Assembly (NCBI GenBank): GCA_910577075.1
Contig: CAJTKV010000002.1
Span: 20,455 to 81,164, forward strand
DNA from: an uncultured Bacilli bacterium
GTDB taxonomy: Bacteria > Bacillota_I > Bacilli_A > RF39 > UBA660
Direction of reading: 5' to 3'
DNA: 60,710 nucleotides
Shown here: positions 41,085 to 48,997 of the stretch, one piece after another
How the letters are laid out: each line of letters opens with the position of its first letter
Numbering within the stretch: position 1 is the stretch's first letter
Program-made: the position numbers and the translations under genes
The notes under the pieces: generated by a model
Database searches by the model: none
What the model was told of the DNA's origin: nothing
What the model saw: only the letters and a program-made list of their open reading frames with translations

Positions 41085-42779
41085 ATGGTAGAAAATATCA
41101 CGGTAACTGACAAAAATGGAAATGAGATATTTGCTGAAGGTATATCCTATATTCAGTTTTTATCCAGTGGTAAGAAATATCTTTTATACACCTTAAATGA
41201 ACCTGTTGCAAATGACAGAAGTAAAATGTATGTTGCTGAACTAACAGATAATGTTGGTACACTAGAAAAAATTCCTGATGAAGAATGGGTAAATGTAAGA
41301 AGTGCCTTAGAACGCCTTGAACATGGAGAATTAAATCCTGATGTAAAATTTATGAGCATGGCAAATACTTCATTTAAGATAGGAATTCCCAAAAAATTAG
41401 CCATAACTGCTGAAATGAAGCAATCCTTTAAGGACAAGCAGACAGCAGGTGTGTTAGCAAATCAGCAACAACAAATGGTTGATGCTCCAGCCGTGACAGC
41501 AACGAGCAATGGTGAGTTCTTTAACAAAGAAGAAGTGGATCAAACACCTGCTTTTGTCTCACCAGATAGTATGGAGCAAAATCAGACTAATATATTTAAT
41601 AATCCAATGAAGCCAGAAGTTGTACCTATGCAAACTGTGGTAGAAGCACCTGTCCAAGCAGGAGCTCAAGGAATTGGGATTCAAAATGGTATACAAATGC
41701 CTGCAAGTGGTGTAATGCAAAACCCAAATGCTATGAATGGACAAATTATGAATAATCCTCAAGCAGTACCTGCTCCGGCGCCTTCAACTCCAACTCCAGT
41801 ACCACAAGTTCTAGCGATGCCACAAGCACCACAACCAGAGCTTAGCCAAGCCGTATCATATGTAGGCCAAAATGATGCTAATAATTCAGGACTACAAAAT
41901 ACTGGAGTCAATGCCGCTGTAATGGAGGAAGTAGATGATATAGTTGATAATGCATTTATAACTAATCCTATGCCTTCCATAAGCGAAGATAACACTGCTA
42001 CTGATGTTGCATCAGCCTTGGAAACGGCAAGTTTAACCGACACAGGTAACTCGATTCAATACCAACAAGGATTAGCAACTTCGTTGTCTAATGATTTGAG
42101 TATAGCAACGGGAGTAGTACCAAAAAATGACCAAAAAGAAGTAACAAAAGAAGAAGCATTAGAGGCTCTAGAAGTCTTAAATAGATATTTTAAAAACACT
42201 AAAGAATTACCAAGTGCTTTAGCAAGCGAACTTATTAACCAGGAAAAAGCGGATAATATAGTTGATGTGACGAATCAAGAGGTTTATCAACAGGCGAATG
42301 ACCCAGTTGCAAATCTTAACAATGAAATAAATGATTCTAACAATATGCCACAATCGGGAGCAGCAATTCAAGAAGAAACTGCTCTAAATGTCGACGGAGG
42401 AGTAGCGCAAGATCAAGGTCGCACACTTTCACTTGTACCAGAAGGAATACCTAGTATTATTCCAGAGAGTATGGATGCCAATAATAATATGATGAGTGAT
42501 CAAAGTAATCAAGGAAATATGTATCAGTTTCAAACGGTAGAAAATCAAAATACTATGCCAATGCCAGGCTTTGATGGACAAATAGTTCAACCAGATACAA
42601 ATCAGGGATATGTTGCAAGTTCTAGCGGAGCAGCAGTTGATATGAGCTCAAGCACAAGCGCTATGACTGAAGTACCAGTAACATTACCAGATAATTATAT
42701 GACACAGGCATCACCAAATAGCAATGTCGTAATGGGCCCTGGTTCACTTCCTTCGCAAGATTATGTAAAAGTTGCATAA
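41085..42779 (+). CDS. DUF1292-like N-terminal domain protein with a ~450-aa Q/N/P/M-rich low-complexity extension
   Basis: 'ITVTDKNGNEIFAEGISYIQF..GKKYLLYTLNEP....MYVAEL.....LEKIPDEEWVNVRSALERL' fits the DUF1292/UPF0473 pattern. The rest is low-complexity. Confidence 0.6.
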   Translation: MVENITVTDKNGNEIFAEGISYIQFLSSGKKYLLYTLNEPVANDRSKMYVAELTDNVGTLEKIPDEEWVNVRSALERLEHGELNPDVKFMSMANTSFKIGIPKKLAITAEMKQSFKDKQTAGVLANQQQQMVDAPAVTATSNGEFFNKEEVDQTPAFVSPDSMEQNQTNIFNNPMKPEVVPMQTVVEAPVQAGAQGIGIQNGIQMPASGVMQNPNAMNGQIMNNPQAVPAPAPSTPTPVPQVLAMPQAPQPELSQAVSYVGQNDANNSGLQNTGVNAAVMEEVDDIVDNAFITNPMPSISEDNTATDVASALETASLTDTGNSIQYQQGLATSLSNDLSIATGVVPKNDQKEVTKEEALEALEVLNRYFKNTKELPSALASELINQEKADNIVDVTNQEVYQQANDPVANLNNEINDSNNMPQSGAAIQEETALNVDGGVAQDQGRTLSLVPEGIPSIIPESMDANNNMMSDQSNQGNMYQFQTVENQNTMPMPGFDGQIVQPDTNQGYVASSSGAAVDMSSSTSAMTEVPVTLPDNYMTQASPNSNVVMGPGSLPSQDYVKVA

Positions 42780-42780
42780 A

Positions 42781-42807
42781 ACAAGCATATAACGCTTGTT
42801 TTTTTTA
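42781..42807 (+). terminator. Intrinsic terminator
   Basis: Stem acaagc/gcttgt with a 7-nt loop, followed by T8. Confidence 0.75.
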
Positions 42808-42818
42808 TATATTTTATT

Positions 42819-43694
42819 ATGAGAAATATTTTATGGTATTATTACCAAATTAGATGTGATGAAACAAATGAAAATAATCAAGAGACGATTATAAAGAGTA
42901 ATGGAGACGAATATATATTTAAGGAATTAACAATACCAGAAGATTTACTAAAACAAATTGTAGAAATATTATATTTTAATCAAATTCCCTCTTTTATAAT
43001 AGTTATAAATAAAGATAAAAGTTTAATAACTAAATATAATGATAAAGATTTTGTCTTGTTAAAAAAGATACCATTATTAACAAACAATTTTATTGATCTA
43101 ACTCGTATAGAGGTGAAAATTGATAAAAATGATATAGGAGCTACATGGTCAAAAAAAATAGATTATTTTATGCTCCAACTCAATGAGTTTGGTATTAATA
43201 AAGAAATGCTTATAAACTCGTTTAATTATTATGTAGGAATGGCCGAGAATGCTATTGCTATGGCAAATAGAATTAATGATAATAATATTGAATTCCAGTA
43301 CGTGATACAGCATGCTAGATTGTCCTATCCTCTAAGTCATGAAAAATACTATGATCCAACAACGATGGTAATTGATATCAGGATAAGAGATTTATCGGAG
43401 TTTATAAAAGCTAAATTTTTTAACAATAATATTACCATAGATGAGATAGACAGAATGGTTAAAAAATATAATATAAATGCCAATGAAGCAAATATGCTAT
43501 ATGCTAGACTATTTTATCCGTCATACTATTTTGATTTATTTGAAGATATGGTCGTCGATGAAGAGGATGAAGAAAAGATTTTTCAGATTTTAAAAAAAAG
43601 AAAAGATTATGAACAATTGCTTCGAGAGTTTTATGATTTTTATAAAAATAGCTATAATATATATGATGTCGAATGGTTAAAAAAAGAACTTTAA
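42819..43694 (+). CDS. Hypothetical protein, tentatively YutH/CotS-like spore-coat-associated
   Basis: The assignment rests only on position (between yutD and a yutI-like nifU gene, as in B. subtilis) and on size. No kinase motif was verified. There is no clear RBS. Confidence 0.3.
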   Translation: MRNILWYYYQIRCDETNENNQETIIKSNGDEYIFKELTIPEDLLKQIVEILYFNQIPSFIIVINKDKSLITKYNDKDFVLLKKIPLLTNNFIDLTRIEVKIDKNDIGATWSKKIDYFMLQLNEFGINKEMLINSFNYYVGMAENAIAMANRINDNNIEFQYVIQHARLSYPLSHEKYYDPTTMVIDIRIRDLSEFIKAKFFNNNITIDEIDRMVKKYNINANEANMLYARLFYPSYYFDLFEDMVVDEEDEEKIFQILKKRKDYEQLLREFYDFYKNSYNIYDVEWLKKEL

Positions 43695-43952
43695 CTAAAG
43701 TTCTAGATTGATAACCCCCTTTAAGTTAGGAATTTCTTCTTTTAAAGCTTCATAAATATTGTCTTGAATAGTAAAATCTCTAAACCCACAAGTTGCACAA
43801 GCTCCATAAAGTTTTATATAGACATAATCTTCTTCGTATTTTATATATTCTAAGTCTCCACCTTCACTGTTAAGATATGGCCTTAATTGATTCAGTATTT
43901 CTATGATTTTTTTTTCATCATCATTGTTTGTTTTATCTTTTTTTCTTTTCAT
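43695..43952 (-). CDS. NifU C-terminal domain (Nfu/YutI-like) Fe-S scaffold protein
   Basis: 'LRPYLNSEGGDLEYIKYEEDYVYIKLYGACATCGFRDFTIQDNIYEALKEEIP' with the CxxC of Nfu domains. Confidence 0.85.
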   Translation of the reverse strand: MKRKKDKTNNDDEKKIIEILNQLRPYLNSEGGDLEYIKYEEDYVYIKLYGACATCGFRDFTIQDNIYEALKEEIPNLKGVINLEL

Positions 43953-44031
43953 AAAAGTTCACCAAGGTCATTATACCTAAAAAGGTGTACAAAGTAAAGT
44001 TTATTTGTTATAATTGTAACGAGGTGCAATT

Positions 44032-44388
44032 ATGGAAGACTTTAGAGTCGGAAGTGTTGTCTTGGGTGAAGTAACAGGAATTGAGAGTTACGGTATCTTT
44101 GTAAAACTAAATAATGGCTATTCTGGACTGGTTCATATATCGGAAATAACAGAAAAGTTTGTAAAAGATGTTAATAATTATGCAAAAATTGGCGAGGAAA
44201 TCTATGTTGAAATAAAAAATATAGATTCAGAAAACAAGAAATGTATTTTGTCTGTAAAAGGCTTGAATTACCGAATTGACGATAATAAGTTAGTTAAAGA
44301 GTCAGTTAGAGGTTTTACACCATTAAAGCAGCACTTACCATTGTGGATTGAAGATAAATATAAGGAAATCCATAAACAAGAGGAATAA
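44032..44388 (+). CDS. S1 RNA-binding domain protein (YugI/GSP13-like)
   Basis: 'VGSVVLGEVTGIESYGIFVKLNNGYSGLVHISEI...VKDV...IGEEIYVEIKNID' is a canonical S1 fold signature. Confidence 0.85.
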   Translation: MEDFRVGSVVLGEVTGIESYGIFVKLNNGYSGLVHISEITEKFVKDVNNYAKIGEEIYVEIKNIDSENKKCILSVKGLNYRIDDNKLVKESVRGFTPLKQHLPLWIEDKYKEIHKQEE

Positions 44389-44434
44389 AAACCTCTTTTT
44401 TTAATATATTATAGTAAAAAAGTGAAAAAAACAA

Positions 44435-44464
44435 TTGACTTAGCAAAAATGGCTATGTTATAAT
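44435..44464 (+). promoter_or_regulatory. Sigma-A type promoter of tRNA cluster 1
   Basis: TTGACT, an 18-nt spacer, then TGtTATAAT (extended -10), 25 nt before tRNA-Ser. Confidence 0.7.
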
Positions 44465-44488
44465 CAATTTGTTCGATGCGAACAAAAC

Positions 44489-44579
44489 GGAGAAATACCC
44501 AAGTACGGTTGAAGGGACTGGTCTTGAAAACCAGGAGGTCGGCAACGGCGCGGGGGTTCGAATCCCTCTTTCTCCGCCA
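44489..44579 (+). tRNA. tRNA-Ser (anticodon TGA)
   Basis: Acceptor ggagaaa/tttctcc, anticodon arm ctggt-cttgaaa-accag, a long variable arm, T-loop ttcgaat, encoded CCA. Confidence 0.9.
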
Positions 44580-44596
44580 TTTCTTTTTTTACATAT

Positions 44597-44672
<76 letters not shown>

Positions 44673-44674
44673 AT

Positions 44675-44750
44675 GGTTCCGTGGTGTAGCGGTTATCACG
44701 TCTGCCTGTCACGCAGAAGATCACGGGTTCGAATCCCGTACGGACCGCCA
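44675..44750 (+). tRNA. tRNA-Asp (anticodon GTC), irregular acceptor stem
   Basis: Anticodon arm tctgc-ctgtcac-gcaga, T-arm acggg-ttcgaat-cccgt, CCA encoded. By hand-folding, 6:67 (C.C) and 7:66 (G.A) do not pair. Confidence 0.7.
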
Positions 44751-44753
44751 TTT

Positions 44754-44825
44754 GGTTTTCATAGTTCAATTGGAAGAACAGAGGCAAATTAGTCTTTGAT
44801 GTAGGTCCGAACCCTACTGAAACCA
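44754..44825 (+). pseudogene. Degenerate tRNA-like element (probable tRNA pseudogene)
   Basis: There is a D-arm gttc/gaac and a T-stem gtagg/cctac. The acceptor is ggttt(t)ca/tgaaacc with one extra T. The anticodon loop is only 6 nt (aaatta), the T-loop is tccgaac instead of ttcRaat, and no CCA is encoded. Confidence 0.5.
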
Positions 44826-44868
44826 TCGCAAAACAACATAATCGTCAAAATATAGTTTGAGGCGATAT

Positions 44869-44944
<76 letters not shown>

Positions 44945-44955
44945 GATTGATACTG

Positions 44956-44979
44956 AACTCGGACTTTTTTCCGAGTTTT
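44956..44979 (+). terminator. Hairpin terminator after tRNA cluster 1
   Basis: 8-bp stem aactcgga/tccgagtt with a 6-nt loop and a short T tail. Confidence 0.6.
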
Positions 44980-45093
44980 AATATACTTAAATATACGCTA
45001 TAATGATTACAAAAGATAAGCTAATTTGTCAATTTAGTAAACACACAAGCATATTGTCTTATCGATACGCTTTTTAGATTTGAGGTGATATTA

Positions 45094-45645
45094 ATGAAAA
45101 ATATTTATATTGTTGGCATTCCGAGGTCTGGGAAATCTACACTTTCTAAAATCATAAAATCAAAATATCCAGAAATGAATATTCTTTCATTTGAGGCTAT
45201 TAGAAACGGATTCATAAAATCTCAACCAAATCTTAATATGGAAGATAGAAACAGTAATGCTAGACAGCAAATTCTACCTTCATTTATCGTGGAATTTGCT
45301 TATTGGAATTCTATTATAACTGGTTATGGAAATATCGTCGAAGGTTCTTTTTCAGATATCGGAACACTTATGGAACTTATAAATGATGAAGATATAATTG
45401 TCTGCTTAGGTTTGGGCAAAAGAAATATTCAGGAAGTTGTAAATGGAATAATAATGCATGATAATGAAAAAGACTATACAAAGCTTTGGACCAAAGAGCA
45501 AATTAAAAAACATTTTTATGACATAACTGAAAAAGATTGTGAAAATTACGAACTTTGTAAAAAATACAGTATAGAATATTTTGATACTTTTAATAATAGA
45601 GAAGATGTTTTTTTAAATATTTTAAAATATATTGAGAATAAATAA
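45094..45645 (+). CDS. P-loop NTPase / small kinase-like protein
   Basis: Walker A 'IVGIPRSGKSTLSK' at the N-terminus, ~180 aa. RBS 'gaggtga'. No further family assignment is possible by eye. Confidence 0.55.
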   Translation: MKNIYIVGIPRSGKSTLSKIIKSKYPEMNILSFEAIRNGFIKSQPNLNMEDRNSNARQQILPSFIVEFAYWNSIITGYGNIVEGSFSDIGTLMELINDEDIIVCLGLGKRNIQEVVNGIIMHDNEKDYTKLWTKEQIKKHFYDITEKDCENYELCKKYSIEYFDTFNNREDVFLNILKYIENK

Positions 45646-45823
45646 GAAAAGTTGCTAAATTTACTCTCTTGGGCACCATTTTACAAATTAGTCTTTCAAG
45701 ACCTACATAAATTATCAATGAAATTTGATTGTTTTTTTTGAAAAACAATACATACAAAATTTGATTTTTAATATAATTAATTATAAGAAATAATACTAAA
45801 TGATAAAAATTATAAAAAAAGTA

Positions 45824-45852
45824 TTGATTTACCTAAAAAAATGCGATATACT
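45824..45852 (+). promoter_or_regulatory. Sigma-A type promoter of tRNA cluster 2
   Basis: TTGATT, a 17-nt spacer, then TATACT, 24 nt before tRNA-Leu. Confidence 0.65.
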
Positions 45853-45875
45853 CAAATAGTCTTGATTTGAAAGAC

Positions 45876-45964
45876 GCCTAAGTGGCGGAATAGGTAGACG
45901 CACAGGACTTAAAATCCTGCGGGTGTTAAAGCCCGTGCCGGTTCAAGTCCGGCCTTAGGCACCA
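45876..45964 (+). tRNA. tRNA-Leu (anticodon TAA)
   Basis: Acceptor gcctaag/cttaggc, anticodon arm cagga-cttaaaa-tcctg, a long variable arm, CCA encoded. Confidence 0.9.
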
Positions 45965-45971
45965 CTTATGT

Positions 45972-46048
45972 GGGCAATTAGCTCAGTTGGTTAGAGCATC
46001 TGCCTTACAAGCAGAGGGTCTGCGGTTCGAATCCGTAATCGCCCACCA
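45972..46048 (+). tRNA. tRNA-Val (anticodon TAC)
   Basis: Anticodon arm ctgcc-ttacaag-cagag region with TAC, T-loop ttcgaat, CCA encoded. There is a single A5.C68 mismatch in the acceptor stem. Confidence 0.85.
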
Positions 46049-46056
46049 TTTTTTTT

Positions 46057-46132
46057 GCCGACATAGCGTAACTGGCAGCGCAACTGACTTGTAATCAGTA
46101 GGTTGGGGGTTCGACTCCCTCTGTCGGCACCA
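46057..46132 (+). tRNA. tRNA-Thr (anticodon TGT)
   Basis: Acceptor gccgaca/tgtcggc, anticodon arm actga-cttgtaa-tcagt, CCA encoded. Confidence 0.9.
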
Positions 46133-46138
46133 CTTTAT

Positions 46139-46222
46139 GGAGGGTTAGCGAAGTGGTCAAACGCGGCAGACTGTAAATCTGTTCCTTCGGGTTCCATGGT
46201 TCAAATCCATGACCCTCCACCA
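46139..46222 (+). tRNA. tRNA-Tyr (anticodon GTA)
   Basis: Acceptor ggagggt/accctcc, anticodon loop ctgtaaa, a long variable arm, CCA encoded. Confidence 0.9.
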
Positions 46223-46226
46223 GTAT

Positions 46227-46302
46227 TGCCTCGTAGCCAAGTGGTAAGGCATCAGACTTTGACTCTGACATTCCGATGGTTCGAACCCATCCGAGGCAAC
46301 CA
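46227..46302 (+). tRNA. tRNA-Gln (anticodon TTG)
   Basis: Acceptor tgcctcg/cgaggca, anticodon arm tcaga-ctttgac-tctga, CCA encoded. Confidence 0.9.
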
Positions 46303-46310
46303 ATATTTAT

Positions 46311-46386
46311 GTTCCGTTAGCTCAGCTGGTAGAGCATCTGACTTTTAATCAGAGGGTCTGGGATTCGAATTCCCAACGGGACACCA
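46311..46386 (+). tRNA. tRNA-Lys (anticodon TTT)
   Basis: Acceptor gttccgt/acgggac (one G.U pair), anticodon arm tctga-cttttaa-tcaga, CCA encoded. Confidence 0.9.
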
Positions 46387-46400
46387 TTTTGTTTATAATT

Positions 46401-46427
46401 AGGTACAGTAATGTACCTTTTTATTTT
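46401..46427 (+). terminator. Intrinsic terminator after tRNA cluster 2
   Basis: Stem aggtaca/tgtacct with a 4-nt loop, then a T-run. Confidence 0.8.
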
Positions 46428-46459
46428 GCTAAATATACTTACAAAATAAAAAGAAGAAT

Positions 46460-46873
46460 TTATGCAAATAAATTCTTCTTATATCTTATTTTCTTATCAG
46501 TTATTAAAATGCACAGACCAGAATCATCCGTAAAGGTCTCCTCATATAAATTGACCAATTGTTTATTTTGCGCAACTCTCTTTTTGGGAATGTCAAAATC
46601 TTGAGATGAACCATTTGTAAAATATATTGTGACTTTAATAATATCATTTTTTTTGACTAATTTATTAATACATGAGACGGTTTCCTGTTCGCTAAGTATT
46701 CTCACCATGAAAAAATTGGCAATCAAATTTTGATTATTTTTCTTGTATTTTTTCTCGTCTCCGTCATCATTTATATTAGCAATGTAAAAATGATCAAAGT
46801 AATCAGAAGATACCGAAAATATTTCGTTTGTATTTGTTGTAATCTCAATGGAGTAAATACATCCAGCCTTCAT
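46460..46873 (-). CDS. Hypothetical protein (137 aa) between tRNA clusters
   Basis: RBS 'aggtga' precedes the ATG. No motif recognised. Confidence 0.5.
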   Translation of the reverse strand: MKAGCIYSIEITTNTNEIFSVSSDYFDHFYIANINDDGDEKKYKKNNQNLIANFFMVRILSEQETVSCINKLVKKNDIIKVTIYFTNGSSQDFDIPKKRVAQNKQLVNLYEETFTDDSGLCILITDKKIRYKKNLFA

Positions 46874-46964
46874 ATTATCACCTATTTAAATTATAACATA
46901 ATATCAATTATATTTGTAATATTTTTCTAGTGTAAAAAATATACTTAAATATAGAAATTTAGTG

Positions 46965-46992
46965 TTGAAAAATAAGAAAAATGTGATATACT
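46965..46992 (+). promoter_or_regulatory. Sigma-A type promoter of tRNA cluster 3
   Basis: TTGAAA, a 16-nt spacer, then TGaTATACT (extended -10). The -10 context 'atgtgatatact' resembles cluster 2's 'atgcgatatact'. Confidence 0.65.
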
Positions 46993-47034
46993 AATTAAGT
47001 AAATGAATTTTAGTGCAATTTTTGCAAGGGAAAT

Positions 47035-47111
47035 GCGCTCATAGCTCAATTGGATAGAGTGTTAGACTACGGATCTAAAGGTTAGGGGTTCGACTCCCTT
47101 TGGGCGCACCA
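47035..47111 (+). tRNA. tRNA-Arg (anticodon ACG)
   Basis: Acceptor gcgctca/tgggcgc, anticodon arm ttaga-ctacgga-tctaa, CCA encoded. Confidence 0.9.
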
Positions 47112-47116
47112 CTTAT

Positions 47117-47193
47117 CGGGAAGTAGCACAGCTTGGTAGTGCACTTGGTTTGGGACCAAGGGGTCGCAGGTTCGAATCCTGTCTTCCCGACCA
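47117..47193 (+). tRNA. tRNA-Pro (anticodon TGG)
   Basis: Acceptor cgggaag/cttcccg, anticodon arm cttgg-tttggga-ccaag, CCA encoded. Confidence 0.9.
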
Positions 47194-47205
47194 TTTAAAA
47201 AATAG

Positions 47206-47229
47206 CAACCTAGTTTAGGTTGTTTTTTT
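47206..47229. terminator. Bidirectional hairpin terminator (tRNA cluster 3 and the convergent endonuclease gene)
   Basis: Stem caaccta/taggttg with a 3-nt loop, flanked by an A-run upstream and a T-run downstream. Confidence 0.75.
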
Positions 47230-48013
47230 ATGTCCCTTGGTCATTTAATACACTCTTATTTTGTTTACTGGAATCATATAAAACATCAAATAACATTTCT
47301 AAATTCTTTTCATCAATTTTAAAAGCTGTTCCATGATCGTATATTTTGCCTAGAGTATCACTTGCTTTAGATATACCAATTTTGAACTCTATTGTTATAA
47401 AACCTTTTTCAAGCAATTTGATAAAAGTATCAAAGGGCTTTGGCTGCATAACTCTTAAACTGTTATACCAATAGGCTCTAATTCCACCATTATAGCTCTT
47501 TTCAGCGTTAATAAATGCTAATAATGAACATTTACCCATAAAGCGACTTTCTATTAAATCTATAGGCCAAAAAGTTGTATCATCAACAATCTCATTCTTT
47601 AAATTAAAAACTAATAAAACAATCTTATTATGGTATTTATCTACTTTTAACTTAAACTTATAAAATATACCAACTTTCCTTTCTTCTAAAGAATTAACTG
47701 AAGCACTCAAAACCTTATATTTTTTATATGTTCTATCTGGATAACCATATTTTTCTTTTAATCTTTCAATCTCGTACTGAACATTACCTACTGGTGTGCA
47801 ATTAAATAAGGACAATTCACTATGAAATTTAGAAGCCTTAGTTTTGATTTCAATTCCATTAAAGTCGGGAAAGACATCACAATTTCCTTTTATACCTAAA
47901 GCTTTTTCAAACGTTCGACCAACTCCGGATGATCCGTTGTTGATACTAGGAATATAACCCATATTTTTAATTTCGTAAAATTTATCTATAAAAACAGTAT
48001 AGTCTTTATCCAT
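47228..48013 (-). CDS. MvaI/BcnI-family type II restriction endonuclease-like protein
   Basis: 'FYEIKNMGYIPS', 'SGVGRTFEKALGIKGNCDVFPDFNGIEIKTK' and 'YDHGTAFKI' parallel BcnI 'LHEIKNKGYLS', 'GVVGQILERQFGV..N...GDLGEFELKG' and 'HDRGPHLRI' as I recall it. RBS 'aggagg'. Confidence 0.75.
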   Translation of the reverse strand: MDKDYTVFIDKFYEIKNMGYIPSINNGSSGVGRTFEKALGIKGNCDVFPDFNGIEIKTKASKFHSELSLFNCTPVGNVQYEIERLKEKYGYPDRTYKKYKVLSASVNSLEERKVGIFYKFKLKVDKYHNKIVLLVFNLKNEIVDDTTFWPIDLIESRFMGKCSLLAFINAEKSYNGGIRAYWYNSLRVMQPKPFDTFIKLLEKGFITIEFKIGISKASDTLGKIYDHGTAFKIDEKNLEMLFDVLYDSSKQNKSVLNDQGT

Positions 48014-48113
48014 ATACTACCTCCTATAATATATGTTCACGATAAAAATAGAAATTACTTTAAAAAAACTCAAGAAATTAACTCTTGAGTATAATAATAC
48101 ATCTAATCAATAT

Positions 48114-48956
48114 TTATAGTTGTTTTCCACAACCAGGACAAAATCCATTTGCTCCTACTAAACTAGAACCACATCTATCACATTTTAATTCTTCTACTTT
48201 AGCTTTAGGCACATGTTCCATTTTTTTCTCGCCTCCAAAGGCAATAGCTTCTTCACTAGCTTGATTTTCGTTAAAAAGGTTCTTGTTAGAAATTAAATCA
48301 ATTTCAGTTTTAGAACTAGATTTTAGATTATTTTCAATTGTATCAATTGTTTCGTAATTGAAATTATCATCTTCATCCATATCTTCTAATTCTATTATAT
48401 CATTAGAATCTGATTCAACCAAATTATCTTCAGCCAAATATATTTCTTCGTCTGGTATATATTCGTCTATACTTACTTCATCATTTTTTTCGGGAAAAGT
48501 TCCTAATGAATTATCAATTTCCAAAAATTCTCTAGAATCCACCAAATCATCATTTAAACTTGATAAATTTTTCTCAAGTTCATCTATATCTTTGTTATTT
48601 TTTAAATAATTAAATTCTATCTCGATATTTTTATTTTTTTTGTTTGAAAATGCTATATATGGTAAAACAATAAAAGGGAAAGGAATTGCTAGAATACAAA
48701 GAAATTTAGAACAACTATATTGCTTAGCAATACAATAAGTAGAGAAAATGAATGTTAAAACATTGATAAATGGAATAAAAAGTGTCCAATAGGGCAGTTT
48801 ACATATTTTTAAATATTTTATTGCTCCATAGAAAGGAATTAGTGCATACCAATATTTTTGATATTTCTCTTTTTTAAAAATAAACATTACTGATACTATA
48901 CAAATGAGAACTATAATACCACTTACTATGAGAAAAATTTTCAAATAGATATTCAT
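48114..48956 (-). CDS. DUF5684-like membrane protein with an acidic linker and a C-terminal zinc ribbon
   Basis: 'YWYALIPFYGAIKYLKICKLPYWTLFIPFINV' fits the DUF5684 pattern. C-terminal 'CDRCGSSLVGANGFCPGCG'. RBS 'aaggagg' precedes the ATG at 48956. Confidence 0.6.
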   Translation of the reverse strand: MNIYLKIFLIVSGIIVLICIVSVMFIFKKEKYQKYWYALIPFYGAIKYLKICKLPYWTLFIPFINVLTFIFSTYCIAKQYSCSKFLCILAIPFPFIVLPYIAFSNKKNKNIEIEFNYLKNNKDIDELEKNLSSLNDDLVDSREFLEIDNSLGTFPEKNDEVSIDEYIPDEEIYLAEDNLVESDSNDIIELEDMDEDDNFNYETIDTIENNLKSSSKTEIDLISNKNLFNENQASEEAIAFGGEKKMEHVPKAKVEELKCDRCGSSLVGANGFCPGCGKQL

Positions 48957-48997
48957 TTGCAACCTCCTTGAAATAAAAAAACCCTATTCTAGAGTTT

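Noticed and set aside
45661-45715. tRNA-3-prime-end-like 'ctcttgggcacca' plus the 'caaattagtcttt' copy, considered as an attR site of an integrated element
   Set aside because: The order of the two pieces is opposite to that in a tRNA, and no integrase or recombinase is nearby. 13-mer matches are expected by chance many times in 60 kb of AT-rich DNA. I kept it only as a caveat under the tRNA-like element finding.
46103-46348. 81-aa plus-strand ORF, and likewise the 65-aa minus-strand ORF at 44629..44826
   Set aside because: Both lie entirely within well-folded tRNA genes. They are spurious open frames caused by GC-rich tRNA sequence.
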